Source: an uncultured Isosphaeraceae bacterium (lineage in GTDB: Bacteria > Planctomycetota > Planctomycetia > Isosphaerales > Isosphaeraceae). Taken from it: a DNA stretch of 64,000 bases. Position numbers and translations under genes: made by a program. Numbering within the stretch: the stretch's first letter is position 1; the number at the start of each line of letters is the position of its first letter. Positions 27,033 to 36,245 of this stretch are shown here, piece after piece. The notes under the pieces were generated by a model. The model was not told where the DNA came from. It saw only the letters and a list, made by a program, of their open reading frames with translations, and searched no databases. Location of the stretch: the NCBI GenBank assembly GCA_964608915.1, contig CAZSQA010000003.1:118613-182612 (forward strand). Direction: 5' to 3'.

Positions 27033-28751
27033 ATGAGCACTGTTTACGAACCGGTCGCGTTTCCCCGTCAATGGTTGCCAGCGGAGACCACACTCGAAAC
27101 CTGGGCCGATATCGAGCCCTGGTATCGCAAGCTCGAAGACTGGCCGATCGCCTCTGGCGCCGATCTCTCAGCCTGGCTGGCCGCGAAGGACGAGCTGGAT
27201 GCCGCCGTGGCCCAGGTCGGCAACAAGCGATACGTCGAGATGACGCTCAAGACCGACGATACGGCCTGCGAGGAAGCCCACCTGGCGTTCGTCCGCGAGA
27301 TCGAGCCACACCTGAAACCGATCGCCCAGGCCCTGCGGAACAAGTACCTGGAGAGCCCCTTTCGAAAAGACCTCCCGGCCGAACGGTTCCGCCTGATGGA
27401 CCGTGCCCTGGAAAATCGCAAGGCGCTCTATCGCGAAGCCAACATCGCCCGTGAGACGCGCGTCAGCGAGCTGACGCAGCAGTATCAGAAGATGGTCGGC
27501 GCGATGACGGTGCCGTGGCGCGGCGTCGATCGCACGCCGGCACAGATGGCCCCCCTGCTGGAAGAGCCGGACCGGGCGACCCGGGCCGAAGCCTGGCTGC
27601 TGGTGGCCCTTCGGCGGCTGCGTGACAAGGACAGGATGGACGACCTCTTCGACGACCTGCACAAGCTGCGGGTGGAAATCGGCCGTGAAGCGGGCTTCCC
27701 CTCGTTCACAGATTATTCTTACCGCAATCGCGAGAGGTTCGATTATGGCGTGAAAGAGGCAGAGGCGTTCCAGAACGCCGTGGCCGATTGCGTCGTGCCG
27801 CTGACGCGCACGATTCAGGCATCACGGCGCCAGCGTCTGGGCATCGAAACGCTCAGGCCCTGGGATCTGGGTGTCGACCCTCTGAACCGGCCCCCGCTTC
27901 GGCCTTTCAAGGAAGAGGCCCAACTGGCTTCGGGCGTCGAATCGATCCTCGACGCGGTCGACGGCGAACTGGCCGACCAGTTCCGGTATATGATGCGAGC
28001 CAGCCTGCTCGACCTCACGAACCGCAAAGGCAAGGCCCCGGGCGGTTATCAGACGACCTTCGAAGAAGACCGCGTGCCGTTCATCTTCATGAACGCCGTG
28101 GGGCTGGACGGCGACCTGCGTACGCTGCTTCACGAATGCGGCCACGCGTTTCATGCCCTGGCCAGCCGTGCCAACGAGCCGGCGGCCTATCGCGAAAGCC
28201 CGATGGAATTCTGCGAAGTGGCTTCGATGTCCATGGAACTGCTGGGCGCCAGACAGCTGGAAGCTTTCTACGACGAAGCCGATACGATGCGGAGCTATCG
28301 CCAGCTTCTGGAAGGCATCGTGCTGATCCTGCCCTGGATCGCCCAGGTGGATGCATTTCAGCATGCCATCTACGCCCACGAGACCCCATCGCGCGAACGC
28401 CGCCGCGAGGACTGGAAGGCCCTCACGGCCAGGTTCGGGGCCGATGTCGACTGGTCGGGCCTGGAGGAGATTCGCGATCACTCCTGGCACCGCCAGTTGC
28501 ATATCTTCCTCTATCCGTTCTACTACATCGAATACGGCATCGCCCAGCTCGGCGCGCTGCAAGTCTGGCGTGCTTATCGACATGATCCCGCGAAGGCCGT
28601 GGCGGCTTACAAGCAGGCACTCGCTCTCGGCGGATCGCGCACCTTGCCGGAGCTGTTCGAAGCCGCCGGCGGCAAGTTCGATTTCAGCGAGAAGACGATC
28701 AAGCCCTTGATGGACCTGATCGGCGAAGAACTGGCGAAACTGCCGGAATGA
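27033..28751 (+). CDS. M3 family oligoendopeptidase (PepF-like, M3B)
   Basis: Zinc motif LLHECGHAFH (HExxH), the downstream E in ...EFCEVASM, and 572 aa typical of oligoendopeptidase F. Confidence 0.9.
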   Translation: MSTVYEPVAFPRQWLPAETTLETWADIEPWYRKLEDWPIASGADLSAWLAAKDELDAAVAQVGNKRYVEMTLKTDDTACEEAHLAFVREIEPHLKPIAQALRNKYLESPFRKDLPAERFRLMDRALENRKALYREANIARETRVSELTQQYQKMVGAMTVPWRGVDRTPAQMAPLLEEPDRATRAEAWLLVALRRLRDKDRMDDLFDDLHKLRVEIGREAGFPSFTDYSYRNRERFDYGVKEAEAFQNAVADCVVPLTRTIQASRRQRLGIETLRPWDLGVDPLNRPPLRPFKEEAQLASGVESILDAVDGELADQFRYMMRASLLDLTNRKGKAPGGYQTTFEEDRVPFIFMNAVGLDGDLRTLLHECGHAFHALASRANEPAAYRESPMEFCEVASMSMELLGARQLEAFYDEADTMRSYRQLLEGIVLILPWIAQVDAFQHAIYAHETPSRERRREDWKALTARFGADVDWSGLEEIRDHSWHRQLHIFLYPFYYIEYGIAQLGALQVWRAYRHDPAKAVAAYKQALALGGSRTLPELFEAAGGKFDFSEKTIKPLMDLIGEELAKLPE

Positions 28752-28762
28752 GAGATCGTCTG

Positions 28763-28807
28763 AGGATCCAGGAATACCGTTCTTCCTGGATCCTGCGTTC
28801 GCCTTTT
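28763..28807 (+). terminator. stem-loop terminator candidate after the M3 peptidase gene
   Basis: Perfect 12-bp stem AGGATCCAGGAA (28763-28774) / TTCCTGGATCCT (28783-28794) with an 8-nt loop. The TTTT run at 28804-28807 is 9 nt from the stem, so it is not textbook. Confidence 0.5.
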
Positions 28808-29006
28808 GTCGCCGCGACACGAACCAGGTCGCGGCACCACGATTCACGACGAAATTTCTCGACATACTCGACTCAGTTGTCCGGTTCTGTTCAGATGATA
28901 GCTCCGCTCCTCCCGGAATCGAGAAGTTCGACGTTCGGGACTTGCGGTCTGCACGCATTCTTCGATTCGAACGAAACGCACTTCGATAAGCAGGATCGAT
29001 CGAACC

Positions 29007-30266
29007 ATGGCTTTCCGCTTCACTTCCGGACGTTCCCGTAACCGTCGCCGATTCGCCGGAGCCGCCTCACGACGCTGCCGCCCCGGGGTTGACGCGCTCG
29101 AACGGCGCGAGGTTCTCTCGACCGCGAACGCTCTTTTCGACTCGCTGACGACCTGGCGTTACTGGATCGACTACGCCCCTTCTTATGATTCCCCCAGCGA
29201 TCCCTACAACGCGAATCCGTCGGAAGCCCAGATCCGCACCGACATGCAGACCCTCTACAACGAAGGCTGGCGCGGGCTGGTGACTTACACGATCGCCGGC
29301 AGTTATGCCGACATTCCCCGCATCGCCAAGTCGGTCGGGTTCGAATACGTCATCGCCGGGATTTACGACCCGAACAGCTCCAGCGAAGTCGGCGCGGCTT
29401 CGTCGCCCGGCGTTTTGCCCTACTCGGACGCATTCGTCGTCGGCAACGAAGGCATCGCCGAAGGCCGTTACACGTTCTCGCAGATGACGTCCGCCTTGAA
29501 CCAGGTCAAACAGGCGACGAACAAGCCGGTTTCGACTTCCGAGCCAGGCGGCCAATATTACGACGGGCAATATGCCGCGCAGCTCCAGGCGACCGGCGAC
29601 TGGCTGTTCCCGAACATCGACTATTTCCTCTGGGGCGGCCAGCCCTCCACGCCCGACCAGATGTGGACCAACGTCAGCTTCGTCTACGGCTTCCTTCAGA
29701 CGGCCAACAAAACTTCAGGCCCGGTGGTGGCCAAGGAATCGTTCTTCCCCACGAGCGGCCCCGGGGCGTCGGATCAGCTGCAGATTCAGTGGTATCAGAA
29801 GGCTTCGTCGACACTCGTCAACAACAAGCCGTTCTACTTTGTCTGGGGCGAAGCGTTCGATCAGCCCTGGAAGCAGATGAACGTCTACGAACCTCATATG
29901 GGCCTGCACGGGCTCAACAATGCCGACGGCACACGAGCCCCGAAGCCGATCATTTCGCAGCTTCAGGCCATCTATACCAGCCGCTACGGCAGCCTGTCGA
30001 CGACCACCTTCGCGAAGGCATCGGCGATGACGACCCCCGCCGGCAAAACCGTTCTGGCCGCCGCGGTGAAAGTGAACAAGGCGAACCTACCGGCTTACGG
30101 CACGGTCCAGTTTTTCGCGGGTGAGACCTATCTCGGTCAGGCCCGTGTCCAGAACGGCGTGGCTCGCATCAAGGCCGCGCTGACGGCCGAATCCGGACCG
30201 ATCAAGGCCGTATTCTCAGGCAAACGCAGGCACCTGCGAAGCGTCGGCACGATCGCCATCGGCTGA
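29007..30266 (+). CDS. GH17-like beta-1,3-glucanase/glucosyltransferase with C-terminal Ig-like domain
   Basis: GH17 blocks FVVGNEG (acid/base), LFPNIDYFLWG, VAKESFFPTSG (aligns with ETGWPS, the nucleophile) and FVWGEAFDQPWK (aligns with FEAFDEPWK). The N-terminus is RRRFAGAASRRCRPGVDALERREVLS. Confidence 0.75.
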   Translation: MAFRFTSGRSRNRRRFAGAASRRCRPGVDALERREVLSTANALFDSLTTWRYWIDYAPSYDSPSDPYNANPSEAQIRTDMQTLYNEGWRGLVTYTIAGSYADIPRIAKSVGFEYVIAGIYDPNSSSEVGAASSPGVLPYSDAFVVGNEGIAEGRYTFSQMTSALNQVKQATNKPVSTSEPGGQYYDGQYAAQLQATGDWLFPNIDYFLWGGQPSTPDQMWTNVSFVYGFLQTANKTSGPVVAKESFFPTSGPGASDQLQIQWYQKASSTLVNNKPFYFVWGEAFDQPWKQMNVYEPHMGLHGLNNADGTRAPKPIISQLQAIYTSRYGSLSTTTFAKASAMTTPAGKTVLAAAVKVNKANLPAYGTVQFFAGETYLGQARVQNGVARIKAALTAESGPIKAVFSGKRRHLRSVGTIAIG

Positions 30267-30435
30267 CCGGTACATTCGCGCAATCCGGACTGTCGGCGAG
30301 ATCGGCCCGGCGGCCGGGTTGTCCCATTTTTCGATTCGTCACGTATGTTGGTATGGATGGGTCACTCCGGCCGGTCGTCAATTTCGGCGGTGACCCGGGA
30401 TCGTTCGGCCCCGAACCCGGACAGGCGAATCGACG

Positions 30436-31746
30436 ATGCACCGGCTACCGCTGACCGACGAATTGAAATACGAATTCCTCGAGCCTTCGCACCATCCGCT
30501 GGCGATCCGGCTTTCGAAATGGTACGTCGCCCGCAAGCTCGACAAGGATTTGAAAATCCGCCGGTTCGAAATCGATGGCGGCGATATCCTCAAAGACCTG
30601 ATCGCCCGGGGCGACGGCATTCTGATCGCGCCGAACCATTCGGACCATGCCGACGCCGCCCTGATGTACGAATTCGGCAGGAGCATCGGGCATCCGTTCT
30701 ATTTCATGGCCACGCACGGGATCTTCCGGGGCGTCAATCGCTATGTGCTTCCGCGCATCGGGTGTTTCCCGGTCGACCGTGAAGGCACGGACAAACGTGC
30801 CCTTCGCAAATCGATGGAGATCCTGAGCGACGGCCTCGCCCCGCTGGTGATCTTCCCCGAGGGTGAAATTTATCGCCTGAACGACAAGATCACGCCGCTT
30901 CGCGAAGGGGTTTCGGCCGTCGCGAGCATGGCCTCCCGAAAAGCCGCGGAAGGCAGGAAAATCTGGGTCGTCCCGGTGGGGATCAAATACCGGTTTCCCG
31001 GCGATGTCGACCCGATGCCCTGGATGACGCGCATGATCGGCGAACTCGAGGGCCGCTTCGCCTGGCGCGAAGGCAGGGGCATGCCCATCCAGGATCGCAT
31101 CTATCGCTATGCTTCGGGAATGTTGTCTCTCAAGGAGATCGAAACTTACGGCGAAGTGCGTGGCGGCAGCGTGCGTGATCGGGTCATGGCCATGAGGGAC
31201 GACGTTCTTGAGCGGATCGAGTCGGAAATCGGTACCTGTTCCTCGACTTCGCGCGGCCAGACCGTTCCGGAGCGGGTGAAGGAATGCCGCAGGCGAATTC
31301 TCGAAACGCTCGAATCGCCGGACCTCTCGCCTGAGCGTTCGGCCCATCTGAAACGATCGCTCGACGAGCTGTTTTTCGTCATCCAGCTTTACAGTTATCC
31401 TGGCGATTACGTCATGAGCCGCCCCACTTACGAAAGAGCGGCCGAAATTCTGATCAAATTCAAACAGGACGCCCTGGGCAAGGATCTTGACCGTGCGCGG
31501 CATGAGGTGCCCCGCGATGCGCGAATTTTCGTGGGCGAACCGATCGACGTCCGCGGATTTCTGACGGAGTCGTCGGCGAAACAGGATGACGTCCGGATCG
31601 AATCGGGTGGAGCCACGATCGTCAAGCCGAAATCGTCCCGCAAAGCCAGTGGTGCACTGACCGACCTCCTCGAACACCGGCTTCAAGGCCTGCTGGACCT
31701 CGGCTGCCCAGGCCGGCCGCTGCCGGGTTGTGAGCGTCAGTTGTGA
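30436..31746 (+). CDS. PlsC-family lysophospholipid/glycerol-phosphate acyltransferase with long C-terminal extension
   Basis: HX4D motif APNHSDHAD, then ...FPVDREG... and VIFPEGE blocks. 436 aa. Confidence 0.8.
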   Translation: MHRLPLTDELKYEFLEPSHHPLAIRLSKWYVARKLDKDLKIRRFEIDGGDILKDLIARGDGILIAPNHSDHADAALMYEFGRSIGHPFYFMATHGIFRGVNRYVLPRIGCFPVDREGTDKRALRKSMEILSDGLAPLVIFPEGEIYRLNDKITPLREGVSAVASMASRKAAEGRKIWVVPVGIKYRFPGDVDPMPWMTRMIGELEGRFAWREGRGMPIQDRIYRYASGMLSLKEIETYGEVRGGSVRDRVMAMRDDVLERIESEIGTCSSTSRGQTVPERVKECRRRILETLESPDLSPERSAHLKRSLDELFFVIQLYSYPGDYVMSRPTYERAAEILIKFKQDALGKDLDRARHEVPRDARIFVGEPIDVRGFLTESSAKQDDVRIESGGATIVKPKSSRKASGALTDLLEHRLQGLLDLGCPGRPLPGCERQL

Positions 31747-32142
31747 ATTCGCGGAAGTTTCAGGATTCTCGCTTTACTCCGCTGCGTCTTCGTCTGGCTG
31801 TATGAAGCTTCGTTGTCGATGCCTGCTGATCTATCGTCGAAGCGCAAGCGTTCCGCATCCGTCGTGCACACGGTGATCATGATTGCCGAAGTCACGGAAT
31901 TCCGTGCGGAACGGCTTTAAGAATCCGGAATTACGCATAAGCCGATCTCTGCGCGATTGCGATTCCTGTCGAACAGAGAATCCACGACGCGGGATCCGTT
32001 CGAAATTCATGTGACGAAATTGACGATGGCGACGTCGAACCGATTAGAATGGGGCACGAGATTGTCAGTCGGCTGTCGCGCGGCGATACGCATGCGAACG
32101 CCATCGCTTTCATTCGGAGCTTTGCCGGAAAACTATGCAGCC

Positions 32143-33315
32143 ATGAAAACCCCTAAAGTCCTCACAGGTCTGGAACAATGTGTGGCCGACGAATTCCGGG
32201 CCTTTCGGGGCCGGCGCGTCGGCCTGATGGCGAACCCGGCGACTGTCGATCATCGCTACCGGCATCTGATCGATCTGGTGAAGGCTGCGGGGCTCCAGAA
32301 CGTTCGGGTTTTCGGTCCGGAACATGGCCTGAGCGGCACGGCGCAGGATCTGGAAGCCGTGGCCGATGTCGAAAAGCGCCACCCACGCTGGGGCGTGCCG
32401 GTCATTTCGCTCTACGGAGCCGACGAATCGTCGCTGACCCCGAAAAAAGAACACCTGACCGATCTCGACGTGCTGCTCGTCGACCTGCCCGACATCGGCA
32501 CGAGGTTCTACACTTTCGCGGCGACGATGATTCGCACGATGCGCGCGGCCGCGGGCACGGGGCTGAAGATGGTCGTCCTGGACCGCCCGAATCCATTGGG
32601 CGGCGATCGTACGGAAGGACCGGCAGTCAGCGAAGGATATCGATCGTTCGTCGGTGAAATCGACATGCCGATCCGCCATGGTTTGACGCTCGCCGAAATC
32701 GCGGCCAAAGTGAAGGCGAAGGAGAAGCTTGATCTCGACCTCGCTCCTGTGCCGTGCGAAGGCTGGCAGCGCAAGATGCTCTTCGCCGAAACCGGCCTGC
32801 CGTGGGTCATGCCGTCGCCCAACATGCCTACGTTCGATACGGCTTTGGTCTATCCGGGTGCCTGCCTGATCGAAGGGACGAATCTCTCGGAGGGACGGGG
32901 CACCACGCGCCCATTCGAAATTTTCGGTGCCCCCTGGCTGAACGAATCGAAACTGGCGAACGCTCTGAACTCGACTGGCTTGCGTGGATTTTTCGCCCGA
33001 GCCGTGACGTTCAAGCCGACATTCCAGAAGCACGCCGGCGAAATTTGCGGCGGCGTACAGATTCATGTCACGGACCCGGCCGCTTTTCAGCCTGTTCGTG
33101 TCTATACGGCGGCGATCATCGCGGCCCGAGCCCAGAATCCCGACAAATTCCGCTGGCGCACGGAAGTTTACGAATTCCGCACGAATCCGATCGCCATCGA
33201 CCTGCTTTTCGGCTCGGACATCGAACGTAAGCGCATCGAATCCGGAGCGACATGGAACGACGTCGCCGAACGCTGGGACGACGGCCAGGGCCCCGACACC
33301 ATGGAGTTGACCTGA
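32143..33315 (+). CDS. DUF1343 family protein (NamZ-like exo-beta-N-acetylmuramidase)
   Basis: The internal ATG at 32143 gives MKTPKVLTGLEQ...FRGRRVGLMANPATVD...VRVFGPEHGLSGTAQD...LVDLPDIGTRFYTF, the characteristic DUF1343 N-terminal blocks. The 62 upstream codons of the track ORF look non-coding. Confidence 0.85.
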   Translation: MKTPKVLTGLEQCVADEFRAFRGRRVGLMANPATVDHRYRHLIDLVKAAGLQNVRVFGPEHGLSGTAQDLEAVADVEKRHPRWGVPVISLYGADESSLTPKKEHLTDLDVLLVDLPDIGTRFYTFAATMIRTMRAAAGTGLKMVVLDRPNPLGGDRTEGPAVSEGYRSFVGEIDMPIRHGLTLAEIAAKVKAKEKLDLDLAPVPCEGWQRKMLFAETGLPWVMPSPNMPTFDTALVYPGACLIEGTNLSEGRGTTRPFEIFGAPWLNESKLANALNSTGLRGFFARAVTFKPTFQKHAGEICGGVQIHVTDPAAFQPVRVYTAAIIAARAQNPDKFRWRTEVYEFRTNPIAIDLLFGSDIERKRIESGATWNDVAERWDDGQGPDTMELT

Positions 33316-33438
33316 TCATGCGAATCGCACAATGCCGGTGATGCTCTGACGCCGCCGTCGGTCCGAAATTCCGCGAAAAGCTCGCGACCGTTGACACGCC
33401 CATGTCGGAAATGCGACCGAGTCCCAAAGGGAGAGCGC

Positions 33439-34323
33439 ATGGAACCTTTCGAAACCGAAGCGGCAAGTGCCACGGCAGTAGCGAGCGAACTCGTCTGCAT
33501 GGAAATCGTCGGCGGGATCAGGGCCTTCGAAGGCCGCTTCCGCACTCCGGCCGTCGACTTCTGGATTTCGACGAAGCCCTGGCAGGACGAAGCCACCGGC
33601 GGCGACTTGCATTATGTTTCGCTGTGCGGCGGCGGTGAGACGACTCGCCTGCTCCTTGCCGACGTATCAGGCCACGGCGCACACGTTGCGGATTATTCCG
33701 AAGAACTGCGGCGGCTGGTGAAGCGGCACATCAACGCCAAGCCCCAGGCCGATTTCATGGAAGCCATGAATCGCGGCTTCGCCGAATATGCAGCCTTGAA
33801 CCGGTTCGCGACTGCCGTCGCGGCAACCTGGCTTGGCACTCGAAAAACGCTGGAGCTGTGCATCGCCGGTCATCCGCGCCCCCTTCTCTTTCGATCGACC
33901 GAAGAAACCTGGCAGGTGCTCGGTGAAGGGCCGTCGGTCGAGGCGGAATCCGTCGGCACGAGCGGCCTGCCGGTCGGCATCGACGAAGACATCGCCTTCG
34001 AAACTTTCGAAATGGATCTCGCTCCTGGCGACACCTTGTTTTTTCATACCGATTCGCTGATCGAATCGCGCAGCCCCGAAGGCACGATGCTCGGCGAAGC
34101 CGGCTTGTTGTCGATGGCCCAGGCCATCATGCGCGACATCGAACGCAGCGCATCCCCCGGACAGAGCCTGTTGCAAGCCGTTGCGGATTTCCGGGGCGGC
34201 GCGGCGGCCGACGACGACGAAACCTTGATCGTCGCCAGGGTGCGACCCTATCAGGCCCGGCCCTGGCACGCCGCCGAGCGCATTCGCGTCTTCGGCAAAT
34301 ACTTCGGTCTCATCGATTATTGA
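33439..34323 (+). CDS. SpoIIE/PP2C-family protein phosphatase (stand-alone catalytic domain), paralogue A
   Basis: The ATG at 33439 follows AAAGGGAGAG. Motifs GGDLHYVS, LLADVSGHG, FHTDSLIE and ADDDETLIV (metal-binding Asp blocks of the PP2C/SpoIIE fold). Confidence 0.85.
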   Translation: MEPFETEAASATAVASELVCMEIVGGIRAFEGRFRTPAVDFWISTKPWQDEATGGDLHYVSLCGGGETTRLLLADVSGHGAHVADYSEELRRLVKRHINAKPQADFMEAMNRGFAEYAALNRFATAVAATWLGTRKTLELCIAGHPRPLLFRSTEETWQVLGEGPSVEAESVGTSGLPVGIDEDIAFETFEMDLAPGDTLFFHTDSLIESRSPEGTMLGEAGLLSMAQAIMRDIERSASPGQSLLQAVADFRGGAAADDDETLIVARVRPYQARPWHAAERIRVFGKYFGLIDY

Positions 34324-34503
34324 CGCCGGAGCTTCTCTGCCTGTCGGCGTCGTTCCCGCACCTCTCGCGCTGACTTTCATAGCGAATCCTGACACTCGCC
34401 AGAGGCTTGCGACCATTTCGCATCGATCGATCTTCACGCGCGAATAGAATGTGAGTGGGGGAAGCGTTCCTGCTCGAGACATGACAGATCGTACGGAAAA
34501 CTG

Positions 34504-35382
34504 ATGGCACTCGTCGAAGATTCAGGCTCCATCGAGCCTTACGAAATGACGTGCATGGAAATTCTGGGCGGCATCGAGGCCACCGAGCGGGCCGTGAAAT
34601 GCCCGGGCATGGATGTCTGGATCCGTTCGCGGCCTTACCGCGACGAATCGACGGGCGGCGATGTCCATTATCTTTCTCTGTGCGGCGGCGGTGTGATCAC
34701 GCGCGTTTTGCTGGGCGATGTCTCAGGCCATGGCGAACATGTGCGGGAATATGCCGAAGAGCTGCGGCGGCTCGTCAAGCGTCACATCGTGCGGAAGAGC
34801 CAGCGGCGATTCATGCGCGACCTGAACCGCAATTTCACCGAATATGCCGACCTGAGAAGGTTCGCCACGGCCGTGGTGATGACTTATCTCTCGCATAACC
34901 GGTCCGTCGAGATGTGTATCGCGGGACACCCCCGGCCCGCCTTCTGGAATGCTGTCCAGCGTCGCTGGTCGTTCCTGGGCGAAGGGTTGGCGTACGGAGC
35001 TTCGACTTCGATCGGCGTGACGAATCTGCCGATCGGCGTGGACGAAAAACTGGTTTACGATACGTTCCGGTTCTCACTGGCCCCCGGCGATTCGCTTCTG
35101 CTTTACACGGACGCCCTGGTCGAAGCACGCTCGCCGGACGACCGCGCGCTCGGCGAAGCCGGTCTGACGGAGATTCTCCAGTCCATCGACCCGACGGACC
35201 TGCCAGGCTCAGCCATCGGCGAGACCTTGCTCCAGGCCGTCGCCAGCTTTCGAGGCACTCAGCCCCGTGACGACGACGAAACCCTCATGGTCTTGAAACA
35301 CACGGGAACGGGGCCCAAAGGCGCCGGGCTCTCCGAACGGCTGGACGCCGTCGTGAAGATGTTTCGCCTGAAGGACTTCTGA
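34504..35382 (+). CDS. SpoIIE/PP2C-family protein phosphatase (stand-alone catalytic domain), paralogue B
   Basis: Motifs GGDVHYLS, LLGDVSGHG, LYTDALVE and PRDDDETLMV. Collinear and roughly half identical (by eye) to paralogue A, including EELRRLVKRHI and CIAGHPRP. Confidence 0.85.
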   Translation: MALVEDSGSIEPYEMTCMEILGGIEATERAVKCPGMDVWIRSRPYRDESTGGDVHYLSLCGGGVITRVLLGDVSGHGEHVREYAEELRRLVKRHIVRKSQRRFMRDLNRNFTEYADLRRFATAVVMTYLSHNRSVEMCIAGHPRPAFWNAVQRRWSFLGEGLAYGASTSIGVTNLPIGVDEKLVYDTFRFSLAPGDSLLLYTDALVEARSPDDRALGEAGLTEILQSIDPTDLPGSAIGETLLQAVASFRGTQPRDDDETLMVLKHTGTGPKGAGLSERLDAVVKMFRLKDF

Positions 35383-35452
35383 AGCCGTTTCAGCTTTCAG
35401 CGAGGGAAATCACGTAACGCGGCGAACCGTCGACACGATGCCGCAAGTCGCT

Positions 35453-35935
35453 TCAATGGTTCTCTTTGGCGTGCAGGGCGGCATGTTCTTCGGCGGTGGT
35501 GGGGCGCGTGTCGGGGCCCCTGCGCCGGGTCAGCTCGATCCGGTCCAGAAATTTCACGTTGGCGCAGTCGTCCAGCTGGCTGGTGTGGCAAGCTGTGTAT
35601 TCCTTGAGCACGAGCCGGAACGGGCCGCCTTTTTTGACGTCGAGCGGGGCACCTTCGAAGCGATACACGAGTAGGCCGACGGCCCGGATTTCGGCGAGCG
35701 GTACCGACACGTGGAAGTCGTCACGAGAAGCGTGAAGCGTCAGGTGATCGGCTTCGGCCAGGGGGCAAGCCAATGCCAGAATCGATTCGAGCGTGACCGC
35801 GTCGCCGCCCTTGCCTTTGGCCAGCCTGGAAACGTCCGCCACCTGAGCGTCGCCAGGCAAGGCGGTGAATTCGGAAAACGTCAGAGATAGCGGGTTTTGT
35901 ACCAGGCCGTCGACAATCAGAGAAGCATCTTTCAC
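35453..35935 (-). CDS. molybdopterin-dependent oxidoreductase-like domain protein (sulfite-oxidase/YedY fold, short)
   Basis: LIVDGLVQNPLSLTFSEFTALP...LESILALA...DDFHVSVPLAE...GAPLDVKKGGPFRLVLKE...NVKFLDRIEL follows the Oxidored_molyb block pattern. GTG start. 160 aa. Confidence 0.65.
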   Translation of the reverse strand: MKDASLIVDGLVQNPLSLTFSEFTALPGDAQVADVSRLAKGKGGDAVTLESILALACPLAEADHLTLHASRDDFHVSVPLAEIRAVGLLVYRFEGAPLDVKKGGPFRLVLKEYTACHTSQLDDCANVKFLDRIELTRRRGPDTRPTTAEEHAALHAKENH

Positions 35936-36245
35936 GATCTGTTCACTCGCTCGAAAAGCTGACGATCGATGTGGAAAAGTGGGGCCATACGAAAGGCCCG
36001 GGCGTTGATCTCGCCGATTTCGCGTGGCCGGCGACAGGGTTCCTTTTGACCCCTTCGGATTCCGCAGTTATGATGATAGCGTGCTTAGACGGCCGTTGCG
36101 AATCGGTCTCGTGGTTCAGGCTGAATTTCGTTCGGTCGGCCGCGAAACGACGATTCGCTCTCAGGGCTCACTTGCGGCACGACCCTCCGGCCGGCTTCCG
36201 GCCCAACACCCGACCCGCTCCCGGACAGACACGGAAAAATTCGCC

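Noticed and set aside
30445-31686. 413-aa reverse ORF
   Set aside because: It is antisense to the PlsC-type acyltransferase (HX4D, FPEGE in the forward frame).
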